From positions 1-42,964 of IMG/VR virus record IMGVR_UViG_3300035039_000049: a DNA stretch of 42,964 nucleotides; one strand, written 5' to 3'. The translations under genes and the position numbers were made by a program. The notes beneath the pieces were generated by a model that saw nothing but the letters and a program-made list of their open reading frames with translations, was not told the DNA's origin and ran no database searches. Source of the DNA: a virus. Lineage: Duplodnaviria; Caudoviricetes. Shown here piece by piece: positions 24,475 through 32,253 of this stretch (its first letter is position 1; every line of letters starts with the position of its first letter).

Positions 24475-25632
24475 TTGAAGGTTTTAATTTTAGGTATTGA
24501 TGGCTATATTGGATGGCCTTTGGCACTTCACTTAAATAAGAGAGGGCACAAGGTCAGTGGAATAGATAACTATCAACGCAGACACTTAGCAAAATACTCA
24601 CTAACACCTGTCCCATCAATAAACGAACGTTACGAAACGGCAAAAGAGATGGGAATTACTGTAATGTTTAGAAGTGTAATCTCCCATGATCTAGGCTTAG
24701 TTTTAGAAAACACACCAGATGTAATCATCCACTTAGCAGAAAACCCTTCTGCACCTTACAGCATGGAAGATTATGGTAATTGTTTTCTATCTCAATACAA
24801 CAATGTAATAGGCACACTGCATTTGCTGTGGAAGATGCGTGAAAAGTGTCCTGACGCACACTTGGTTAAACTAGGGACAATGGGTGAGTATGGTACACCA
24901 GACTGTCCAATACCAGAAGGTGTAATACCAGATATCTCATGCCAGTTAACAGAATGTCATACTAAGGATCGAGAGTATAAATGCAACTGTCCTATGAAAG
25001 GACTACTCTTCCCTCGAAAGCCTGGATCTTTTTATCACGCTAGTAAGGTGTTTGATACTTACAACATAGAGCTTGCAAACCGCCTGTGGGGTATAACTTG
25101 CACCGACATTATGCAAGGTGTAGTGTTCGGCTTAACTGACACAGAATCTCAACTGATCACTAGATTCGACTACGACGAGACTTGGGGAACTGTTATAAAT
25201 AGATTCTGTGTTCAGGCTATCAGTGGACTAAATATCACACCTTACGGGCAGGGAACTCAACGTCGTGGATTCTTGCCGCTGAGTGAGAGCATTGAGTGTT
25301 TAACACTCGCTATTGAAAATCCACCTAAGGGAGGCACTTATAGGACTTTCAATCAGTTTGGTAAAATCTTTAACATGAATGAATTGGCAAGAATTGTCTC
25401 CAGTGTTTACACTGAATTGACTGGCGAGGATGCAACTGTAGTAAACATCCACAATCCTAGGGTTGAAGACTACTTCCACAAATACATAGTGGAAACCTCA
25501 GGTCTGAGACAACTGGGATATATCCCAGCTGATTCTTACATTCCTTTTATAGAAAACCTATTGGTAAACCTACTTCCTTACAAAGATAGGGTAGCGAGGG
25601 AAGTAATTGCACCTAAAACTATGTGGAGGTAA
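24475..25632 (+). CDS. sqdB: UDP-sulfoquinovose synthase-like protein (SqdB/SQD1/Agl3 family)
   Basis: GIDGYIGWP, SAPYSM, HLVKLGTMGEYGTP, SFYHASKV.D, QGVVFG, RFDYD..WGTVINRFCVQA, YGQGTQRRGFL, FNQF; TTG after AAGGAGG. Confidence 0.9.
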   Translation: MKVLILGIDGYIGWPLALHLNKRGHKVSGIDNYQRRHLAKYSLTPVPSINERYETAKEMGITVMFRSVISHDLGLVLENTPDVIIHLAENPSAPYSMEDYGNCFLSQYNNVIGTLHLLWKMREKCPDAHLVKLGTMGEYGTPDCPIPEGVIPDISCQLTECHTKDREYKCNCPMKGLLFPRKPGSFYHASKVFDTYNIELANRLWGITCTDIMQGVVFGLTDTESQLITRFDYDETWGTVINRFCVQAISGLNITPYGQGTQRRGFLPLSESIECLTLAIENPPKGGTYRTFNQFGKIFNMNELARIVSSVYTELTGEDATVVNIHNPRVEDYFHKYIVETSGLRQLGYIPADSYIPFIENLLVNLLPYKDRVAREVIAPKTMWR

Positions 25633-25634
25633 CT

Positions 25635-26072
25635 ATGGGAACAAAAGTTCTTGATTCACTTGATGGCATTCAACTGGTTGTAGATAGTAAAGAGGGAAAA
25701 CTTTCGGTTTACGACTATAAGACTAAGCAGGTGCTTGCAAGATGGGAAGTGGAAACTGTCAGGAAATTCCTAGAGTATAAAAGACCCGAGACGACTATGG
25801 AATTTTACGTCGCAGGGTTGGCTCACCACGGATTTGAATACATTGGTGAAAGTCTCACTGTAGGCGATTATGTTCTATTAGAACCCGAGCCTGACAACAA
25901 GTATGATGAAAATGCTATTAAGGTTTCCTTTATGGGAGCTAGACTCGGATATGTACCACGTAGGATTACAGGCGAGGTGAGGAGATTAACTCATCTTCCC
26001 ACAGAGGCCTCGGTCATAGAGATCAATAAGGAAGATGTTTACAGAGGAATCAAAATTGGAGTAACTAAGTAA
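25635..26072 (+). CDS. HIRAN-domain protein
   Basis: FYVAG...LEPEPDNKYDENAIKV...LGYVPR. Confidence 0.88.
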   Translation: MGTKVLDSLDGIQLVVDSKEGKLSVYDYKTKQVLARWEVETVRKFLEYKRPETTMEFYVAGLAHHGFEYIGESLTVGDYVLLEPEPDNKYDENAIKVSFMGARLGYVPRRITGEVRRLTHLPTEASVIEINKEDVYRGIKIGVTK

Positions 26073-26094
26073 CTAGGTTAATGCAAACTAAAGC

Positions 26095-26230
26095 GTTATA
26101 CCACGGGAGAGAAAGACAGTTGATAACTGACCCTACCACACAAGGGAACACGACCTACCTTTCCAGCTTATCACTGGATACAAAGGTAGGGTAGTGCAAA
26201 CTACTTAAACCTGAGTGTGGGTGGTATAAC
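26095..26230 (+). ncRNA. Candidate multi-stem structured RNA (unknown class)
   Basis: 10-bp closing stem, four internal hairpins, GCAA tetraloop, possible pseudoknot. Confidence 0.5.
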
Positions 26231-26260
26231 TTTTAATATAACAGGAGAGGAGAAAATCTA

Positions 26261-26527
26261 ATGGGTTCTGACTATACACCACGTGTAGTGTTTGAAATAA
26301 CTGAGGAGCAACGAAGGCGAAAAGACTTCGCTTTCCCTATCAAAGGAACGTTGCGTGCAGTTATGTCTCAAGTTTTGGATGATCTACTAGACCTCATAGA
26401 AGAACACGGGCAGGTTATAGTAGGTCTTATTATTGACCAGTCTATCAAACCAAGAGACTTGATTAAAACTTTAAAGGGAGCAGAGGAGGTTTGCAAAGAT
26501 GGCAAATTTAGAAAACTTGAAAGTTAA
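26261..26527 (+). CDS. Hypothetical protein (possible ribbon-helix-helix)
   Basis: PRVVFEITEEQ...GTLRAVMSQVLDDL; GAGGAG RBS. Confidence 0.65.
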   Translation: MGSDYTPRVVFEITEEQRRRKDFAFPIKGTLRAVMSQVLDDLLDLIEEHGQVIVGLIIDQSIKPRDLIKTLKGAEEVCKDGKFRKLES

Positions 26528-26711
26528 ATCGGTTTCTGAAATGTCCCAAGATGAGTTAGAAGAACTTCTTAAATCTATACGCCTAAGTAGGAGAAGCCTT
26601 AGACGAAGTGCTTCGAGAAGGAAACCAACAACTTCAAAGAAAAAAGATAAACAGCTAAGTGCAGCCGAGGCATCTAAACTACTTGAATTACTGGAGGGCG
26701 GAAATGAGTAA
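26499..26711 (+). CDS. Small hypothetical protein
   Basis: 70 aa; GAGGAGG RBS. Confidence 0.65.
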   Translation: MANLENLKVKSVSEMSQDELEELLKSIRLSRRSLRRSASRRKPTTSKKKDKQLSAAEASKLLELLEGGNE

Positions 26712-28023
26712 AATCACAAATGTGACAACCACAAGCATTAAGAATATTGAGATTGGGTCTAGGTATCGTGAAGACTTTGGTGATATAGATGAACTTGCAG
26801 AGGAGATAAAACTTAAAGGTTTCAACACTGCGCTAACCGTAGTTCAGTCATCCAATAACTCTTATCTTTTAGCTGCTGGAGAGCGGCGTCTTAGGGCAGC
26901 TGAAAAGGCTGGAGTTGAAGAAGTTCCGGTCATAGTCTATGACAACCTGAGTGAGTATGAACTTAGATCAATCGAGCTGTGTGAGAATCTTAAACGTAAA
27001 AACTTGGAGTGGTGGGAAGAAGACAGGCTAGTTACGGAAATAACTAGATTGCAGCAAGAACAACACGGTAAAAAGATTGCTGGTGGCACTAAGGAACAAA
27101 AAGGTTGGAGCGGTGCTGATACGGCAAAACTGGTGGACAAAACACCTAAAACCATCTACGATGCTATTCGTAGGACAGAAGCAAGGGAGAAATTCCCCGA
27201 GTTATTTGAAGCCTGTAAGACAAAGAAAGATGCTTCAAAAATCTTGTCTGTCATGGATGAGCACGTAGTTAAACAAGAACTTCTGGAACGTGCTAAGAAA
27301 GCCAAGAAAGATAATAGCACTAGGAGTTTAATTGATAGTTATATTGTCGGCGACTTTTTTAAATGTATAGCTGATGTACCAAAGGAATCCATCTCGCTAG
27401 TCGAGATAGATCCTCCTTATGCTATAAATCTAAGCGGAAGTAAAAAGAGTAGTCATATCACAACTTATGGTGACACCTACAATGAAGTCCCTTCTCACAT
27501 ATACGAGGAGTTTATGGAGCGTACTTTAACTGCCTGTTACAAAGTGATGAAACCTGACAGTTGGTTAATTCTGTGGTTTGCTCCTGAACCCTGGGCAGAA
27601 ATCCTTTACAATACTGTACACAAGTGTGGATTTAAAACTACCAGACTAACTGGGAAGTGGATAAAGAGTTATGGCCAAAGTATGAGGCCGGAATACTATC
27701 TTGCTAATACTTGCGAAGACTTCTATTATTGCTGGAAAGGTAGACCAATACTATCCAAGCAAGGAAGAGGTAATACTTTCCAGTTTCCGTCGGTTCTAGC
27801 TCAACACAAAGTACACCCAACGGAGAGACCAATAGACCTAATGAAAGCCATCTACAGTTGCTTTGCAGATGCTGGATCTAATATCTTAATTCCTTTTCTT
27901 GGAAGTGGTAATGGATTAATAGCAGCAAACGAGCTTTATATGAATGCTTTTGGGTATGAACTCAGTAAAGATTACAAAGATAGTTTCATTGTCAAAGTGT
28001 CAACTTTGGATAGAAAGGAGTAA
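26704..28023 (+). CDS. ParB-like N-terminal domain fused to N6/N4 DNA methyltransferase (beta order)
   Basis: LAAGERRLRAA...ENLKRKNL ParB motif; DPPY, HPTERP, PFLGSG; ATG 26704 after GGAGG. Confidence 0.88.
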   Translation: MSKITNVTTTSIKNIEIGSRYREDFGDIDELAEEIKLKGFNTALTVVQSSNNSYLLAAGERRLRAAEKAGVEEVPVIVYDNLSEYELRSIELCENLKRKNLEWWEEDRLVTEITRLQQEQHGKKIAGGTKEQKGWSGADTAKLVDKTPKTIYDAIRRTEAREKFPELFEACKTKKDASKILSVMDEHVVKQELLERAKKAKKDNSTRSLIDSYIVGDFFKCIADVPKESISLVEIDPPYAINLSGSKKSSHITTYGDTYNEVPSHIYEEFMERTLTACYKVMKPDSWLILWFAPEPWAEILYNTVHKCGFKTTRLTGKWIKSYGQSMRPEYYLANTCEDFYYCWKGRPILSKQGRGNTFQFPSVLAQHKVHPTERPIDLMKAIYSCFADAGSNILIPFLGSGNGLIAANELYMNAFGYELSKDYKDSFIVKVSTLDRKE

Positions 28024-28026
28024 CTA

Positions 28027-28317
28027 ATGGAATTAGAAAAGTTAGTACACGAGGAGATAAAGAACTGTAATTATATTGCTAATGTAGACGGAAACTCAGA
28101 CCACGGCAGAAACAAACGTCTAGGCACTATTAAGTGCGGTCCTCTAACTGTGTGTTTTAAGTGTGAAAGCACTAAGAGTTTTCTCAAGCAGCTTAGTAAC
28201 CTCTGTGATGCTAAATTCTATGATGACTACACAGACAGAAATTACACAGTTAGGCCGTTCTACTTCTCATGTATAAATAGAGAGGTCAACCTAGCTTTTG
28301 ATATTGACTTGGTATAA
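28027..28317 (+). CDS. Hypothetical protein
   Basis: AAGGAG RBS; 96 aa. Confidence 0.6.
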   Translation: MELEKLVHEEIKNCNYIANVDGNSDHGRNKRLGTIKCGPLTVCFKCESTKSFLKQLSNLCDAKFYDDYTDRNYTVRPFYFSCINREVNLAFDIDLV

Positions 28318-28332
28318 TCATTACACGGAGTT
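28306..28332. promoter_or_regulatory. 27-bp palindromic site, copy 9
   Basis: GACTTGG-TATAATCATTACA-CGGAGTT; spans a stop codon and the next RBS. Confidence 0.85.
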
Positions 28333-28336
28333 TAAT

Positions 28337-28558
28337 ATGAATACTACAGACGATAAAGTAAAACATCCCAGACACTATACTTCCCATCCTAGTGGCATCG
28401 AGTGCATTGAAATAACTAAACACATGAACTTCTGTCTAGGGAACGTTGTTAAGTATGTCTGGCGTGCTTCAGTAAGGGGTAGAAACACACTGGATTTAAA
28501 GAAAGCTATAGAATACCTACAGATAGAAATCGAGAGGAGGGAAAAAAAGAATGCGTAA
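28337..28558 (+). CDS. DUF3310-family protein
   Basis: VKHPRHY..GIECI...FCLGNVVKYVWRA...DLKKAIEYL. Confidence 0.88.
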   Translation: MNTTDDKVKHPRHYTSHPSGIECIEITKHMNFCLGNVVKYVWRASVRGRNTLDLKKAIEYLQIEIERREKKNA

Positions 28559-31040
28559 TACTTACGTCCCACCTTATGGATCACAAGATTCTGCTCTTCT
28601 CTTCTGTGGTGAACAGCCAGGGAAACAGGAAGTTTTTCAAGGAAGACCATTTATCGGTCCTGCTGGAAAAGAACTTGATGACTGTTGCAGAATAGCAGGG
28701 ATAGACTTTAACCAAACCTACAAAACCAATGTTATTAAAGACTTGGATAAACCTATCAACCAATATATTAATTTGTCAAGTAAACTTAACTCTACCAGCG
28801 ACGAAGCTTGGGAGTATATAAAGGAATTGCAGTATGAACTTCAGACTGTTTCCCCTAAAGTCGTTGTAGCAGTCGGTGGGGTAGCACTCTTTGCACTGAC
28901 TTCACGCACTGGGATTAACAAGTGGAGAGGCTCGATTCTTGATTGTACACTTGTTACAGGGCTAAAGGTAATTCCTATAATCCACCCTGCTACTGTCATT
29001 AGACCAAAATTCCAGTACTTAAACAAATACTTGATTTGCTATGACCTTAATAAAGCAAAGAAAGTTGCAGAAGGTGAAATAAAGAGTGTTAACTACAATC
29101 TAATAACCAACCCTTCATTCCGTCAGAGTATTGACACCATTAGAATGTGTCATGAGTATCCCATAATAGACTGGGATATTGAAGTTATTAATGAAGAACT
29201 TGATTGCTTCTCACTAGCATGGACTCCTACTGATGCTATAAGTATTCCACTAAGAGAAGTCCGTGAAGGGCACTACTGTGACTATTTCACAATAGACCAG
29301 GAAACCCAGGTAATTCTGGAGTTGGCAAAACTTCTGGAAAACGATAAAGTAACCAAAGCAGGTGCTAATAACATCTTTGACCAAATGTTTATGTTGCACA
29401 AGTACGGCATTCGTACTCGCAACCCATCTCATACACACGATACTCAGATAGCCCAGAAAATTTCAATGCCTGATTACAAAGCAGGGTTGGACTTTGTTAC
29501 TTCCATCCACACTAACATACCCTACTACAAGGCTGATGGTAAGAAGTGGATGAAACTTGGTGCTGGGAGTATCAAAGAGTGGTGGACTTATTCTGCAATG
29601 GATGCTATCTCGACCGCCAGTGCGAGGCTATCGCAGTTAGAAACGCTCTCGAAGCAAAACAACTTACACCTCTACGAGGAAACTTGTAAGTTAATCGAAC
29701 CTCTACTTTATATGCAAGAGAGAGGAATTAGAGTAAACGTACAAGGTATCTTAAAACAGCATGATGAAGATGAAGTTAAACTAGACAAACTAAAGGAGAA
29801 GCTCAACGAGGTTGTTGGTCATTCTATCAACCACAATTCTCCAAAACAACTAATAGATTATTTCTATGGTGAGAAAGGACTTAAGCCTTACAAGAAACGC
29901 AACACTAAGGGTAAGTACGTACCTACTACTGACGTAGATGCAATGAAGCGTTTGGCTCGCAGAGGTTTCAAAGAAGCTAAAATAATTCTAGACATGCGCT
30001 CATTTTCCAAAAGGCTTGGGACTTATCTCGACGTAAAGAAAATCGATAAAGACGGACGTTACAGATCTTCGTATAACCCAGTTGGAGCGCAAACTGGCAG
30101 GTTAAGTTCGAGTGAAACTATATTCGGCACTGGAGGTAATCAACAGAACTGGCCTCACGATCTATTGCGTTTCTTCCAATTCGACGAAGGTTATATTGGT
30201 TACTCTATCGACTTAGCTCAAGCAGAAAATAGATTAGTCGCCTACTTTGGAAACATTCTTTCAATGATTCAAGCATTTGAAAGTGGCCAGGATTTACATA
30301 GGTTAACCGCTGCGCTTGTTTTCAACAAATCTCCCGACCAGATATCCGACGAAGATGGGTCATCATTACTTGGCGATGGCAGGCAAAGCGAAAGGTTTTG
30401 GGGTAAGAAGTGCAACCACAGTGCTAACTATGACTTTGGTTACAAATCTTTTGCTCTCAAGTATGAGGTAACAGAGAGTGAAGCCAAGTGGATTTTAGAA
30501 CGCTACCATTCCTCCTATCCAGGCGTAAGAGGTTCCTATCATAGAATGGTTCAAGATATGCTGCGAACTGATAGAACTATAACTAATCCATTCGGCAGAA
30601 GCCGTATCTTCATGGGACCTATAGTCCCATCCTATCCCAACATAACTAAACATATGTGCACTCAGACATTCAAGGAAGCGTATGCACACTTACCGCAGTC
30701 TACAGTAGCAGACATAATTAGAAGGACTATTCTCTACATATGGAACAATCAGAGTTTGTTTGCTCCAGTAGAAATACTTACCCAAGTACATGACTCAATA
30801 GTTTTCCAAATCCCTACTTCAATCCCTATGCAACAACACGTAGATATACTAAATCTTATCAAGGCCAAACTGGAAGAGCCCTTCGAGTGGCACAGTAGAA
30901 GGATTTCCATCCCTGCTGACATTTCAGTTGGGTTAAACCTATACAAGAAGCAAATGGTCGAGTTTAAAAGTAAAGATAATCTAAGCGAGGAAACACTAAT
31001 AGAGGCCTATACTAATGTCAAACGAGCGTGCTCTGCCTGA
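28551..31040 (+). CDS. Family A DNA polymerase with N-terminal family-4 uracil-DNA glycosylase-like domain and 3'-5' exonuclease
   Basis: UDG GEQPG..E...GRPFIGPAG...HPA; Exo DIE, FD, YSAMD; TGRLSS, DLAQAENR, RFWGKKCNHSANY, QVHDS. Confidence 0.93.
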   Translation: MRNTYVPPYGSQDSALLFCGEQPGKQEVFQGRPFIGPAGKELDDCCRIAGIDFNQTYKTNVIKDLDKPINQYINLSSKLNSTSDEAWEYIKELQYELQTVSPKVVVAVGGVALFALTSRTGINKWRGSILDCTLVTGLKVIPIIHPATVIRPKFQYLNKYLICYDLNKAKKVAEGEIKSVNYNLITNPSFRQSIDTIRMCHEYPIIDWDIEVINEELDCFSLAWTPTDAISIPLREVREGHYCDYFTIDQETQVILELAKLLENDKVTKAGANNIFDQMFMLHKYGIRTRNPSHTHDTQIAQKISMPDYKAGLDFVTSIHTNIPYYKADGKKWMKLGAGSIKEWWTYSAMDAISTASARLSQLETLSKQNNLHLYEETCKLIEPLLYMQERGIRVNVQGILKQHDEDEVKLDKLKEKLNEVVGHSINHNSPKQLIDYFYGEKGLKPYKKRNTKGKYVPTTDVDAMKRLARRGFKEAKIILDMRSFSKRLGTYLDVKKIDKDGRYRSSYNPVGAQTGRLSSSETIFGTGGNQQNWPHDLLRFFQFDEGYIGYSIDLAQAENRLVAYFGNILSMIQAFESGQDLHRLTAALVFNKSPDQISDEDGSSLLGDGRQSERFWGKKCNHSANYDFGYKSFALKYEVTESEAKWILERYHSSYPGVRGSYHRMVQDMLRTDRTITNPFGRSRIFMGPIVPSYPNITKHMCTQTFKEAYAHLPQSTVADIIRRTILYIWNNQSLFAPVEILTQVHDSIVFQIPTSIPMQQHVDILNLIKAKLEEPFEWHSRRISIPADISVGLNLYKKQMVEFKSKDNLSEETLIEAYTNVKRACSA

Positions 31041-32238
31041 CTGGATCGAAGGTTTTATTGCATACACTGAAGATACAGTTGAGGCGGATTACATCTTTCG
31101 TTTGTGGACTGCTATAAGCTGTATAGCTTCAGTGATGCAGCGGAAATGCTACTTGCCGTGGGGACCTAGTTTAACATTCTACCCAAATATGTACATAGTT
31201 TTAATAGGCCCTCCTGGGTGCGGTAAGGGTACAGCCCTAGGACCTGGGCTTGATCTTCTTAAAAATCTATCTAATGTAAACTTGGCTTCTAACGAGGCGA
31301 GTAGACAAGTTTTAATAAAAAGGATGCATGAAACTACTTACAACGCAATAGATACGTTGTCTGGCAAACATATGTTTCATGCTTCAACTACTATCTTTTC
31401 TAGCGAATTTACCGTCTTTCTCGGCTATGACAATAAAGAGCTTATTTCTAACTTATGTGATTGGTTTGATTGCCCTGACGTTTGGGAGTATGACACTATA
31501 TCACGAAGCAAAGAGATCATAACAGGGATGTGGGTAAACTTGTTAGCAGGAACTACTCCAGACCTCCTACAAAGTAGTATGAATCCTACCACTATCGGAG
31601 GCGGTCTAGCTGCACGTATCGTCTTTGTCTATAGCCCTAAAGCCTCAAAGATAATTGCAATCCCTCCCATGGGAAAGAAAGAACAGGAACTGTACTACCA
31701 CTTACTTTATGATTTAGAGAAAATCTACTGTCTGAGTGGTAGGTGGTCTGTCACTGAAAACTTTATAGATAAATGGACTGAGTGGAGGTACTACGCTGCA
31801 GGGGAAAATAAGTTTGGTAACGACACTAGGTTAGTTCACTACGAAATGCGCCGTAAAGTGCACTTGATGAAACTCTGTATGATCATGAGTGCAAGTCGTG
31901 CTAGTGATCCACAGATGGCTATAACAGGTGATGATTTCGATAGGGCACTTTCAATACTATGTAAAGCAGAAGAACGTATGCCCTTAGTCTATAGTGGTGT
32001 TGGTAGAAGTAACATCAGCGAGCATATGGGCAAGATCTTAGCTTTCTTAGCTGAGAAACCTAAAGGCAGAGAAATCCCTATGTTCGAAATCTCTAGATCC
32101 TTTAGGTATGATTTAGACAAGTGGCATCTTGACAGAGTTTTAGAAACTCTTGAGGCCAGTAAGTATATAGAAATATCTTACCGGCCACAGGAAGGAACTT
32201 TTATAAAGTACTTAGGTGGTGATGCGGACTCAATATAA
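31015..32238 (+). CDS. DUF3987-like P-loop ATPase (putative helicase)
   Basis: PNMYIVLIGPPGCGKG, SSEF, LLAGTTP, GLAARIVFV. Confidence 0.75.
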   Translation: MSNERALPDWIEGFIAYTEDTVEADYIFRLWTAISCIASVMQRKCYLPWGPSLTFYPNMYIVLIGPPGCGKGTALGPGLDLLKNLSNVNLASNEASRQVLIKRMHETTYNAIDTLSGKHMFHASTTIFSSEFTVFLGYDNKELISNLCDWFDCPDVWEYDTISRSKEIITGMWVNLLAGTTPDLLQSSMNPTTIGGGLAARIVFVYSPKASKIIAIPPMGKKEQELYYHLLYDLEKIYCLSGRWSVTENFIDKWTEWRYYAAGENKFGNDTRLVHYEMRRKVHLMKLCMIMSASRASDPQMAITGDDFDRALSILCKAEERMPLVYSGVGRSNISEHMGKILAFLAEKPKGREIPMFEISRSFRYDLDKWHLDRVLETLEASKYIEISYRPQEGTFIKYLGGDADSI

Positions 32239-32253
32239 TGATTACATTAAGTT
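32227..32253. promoter_or_regulatory. 27-bp palindromic site, copy 10 (convergence of early and late arms)
   Basis: GACTCAA-TATAATGATTACA-TTAAGTT; touches both convergent stop codons. Confidence 0.85.

Noticed and set aside
26095-26230. tRNA or hammerhead ribozyme
   Set aside because: No TTC-containing T-loop or cloverleaf, and no CTGATGA/GAAA core arrangement
14963-30946. Minus-strand and nested ORFs in the early/replication arm
   Set aside because: Shadows or alternate frames of well-supported plus-strand genes
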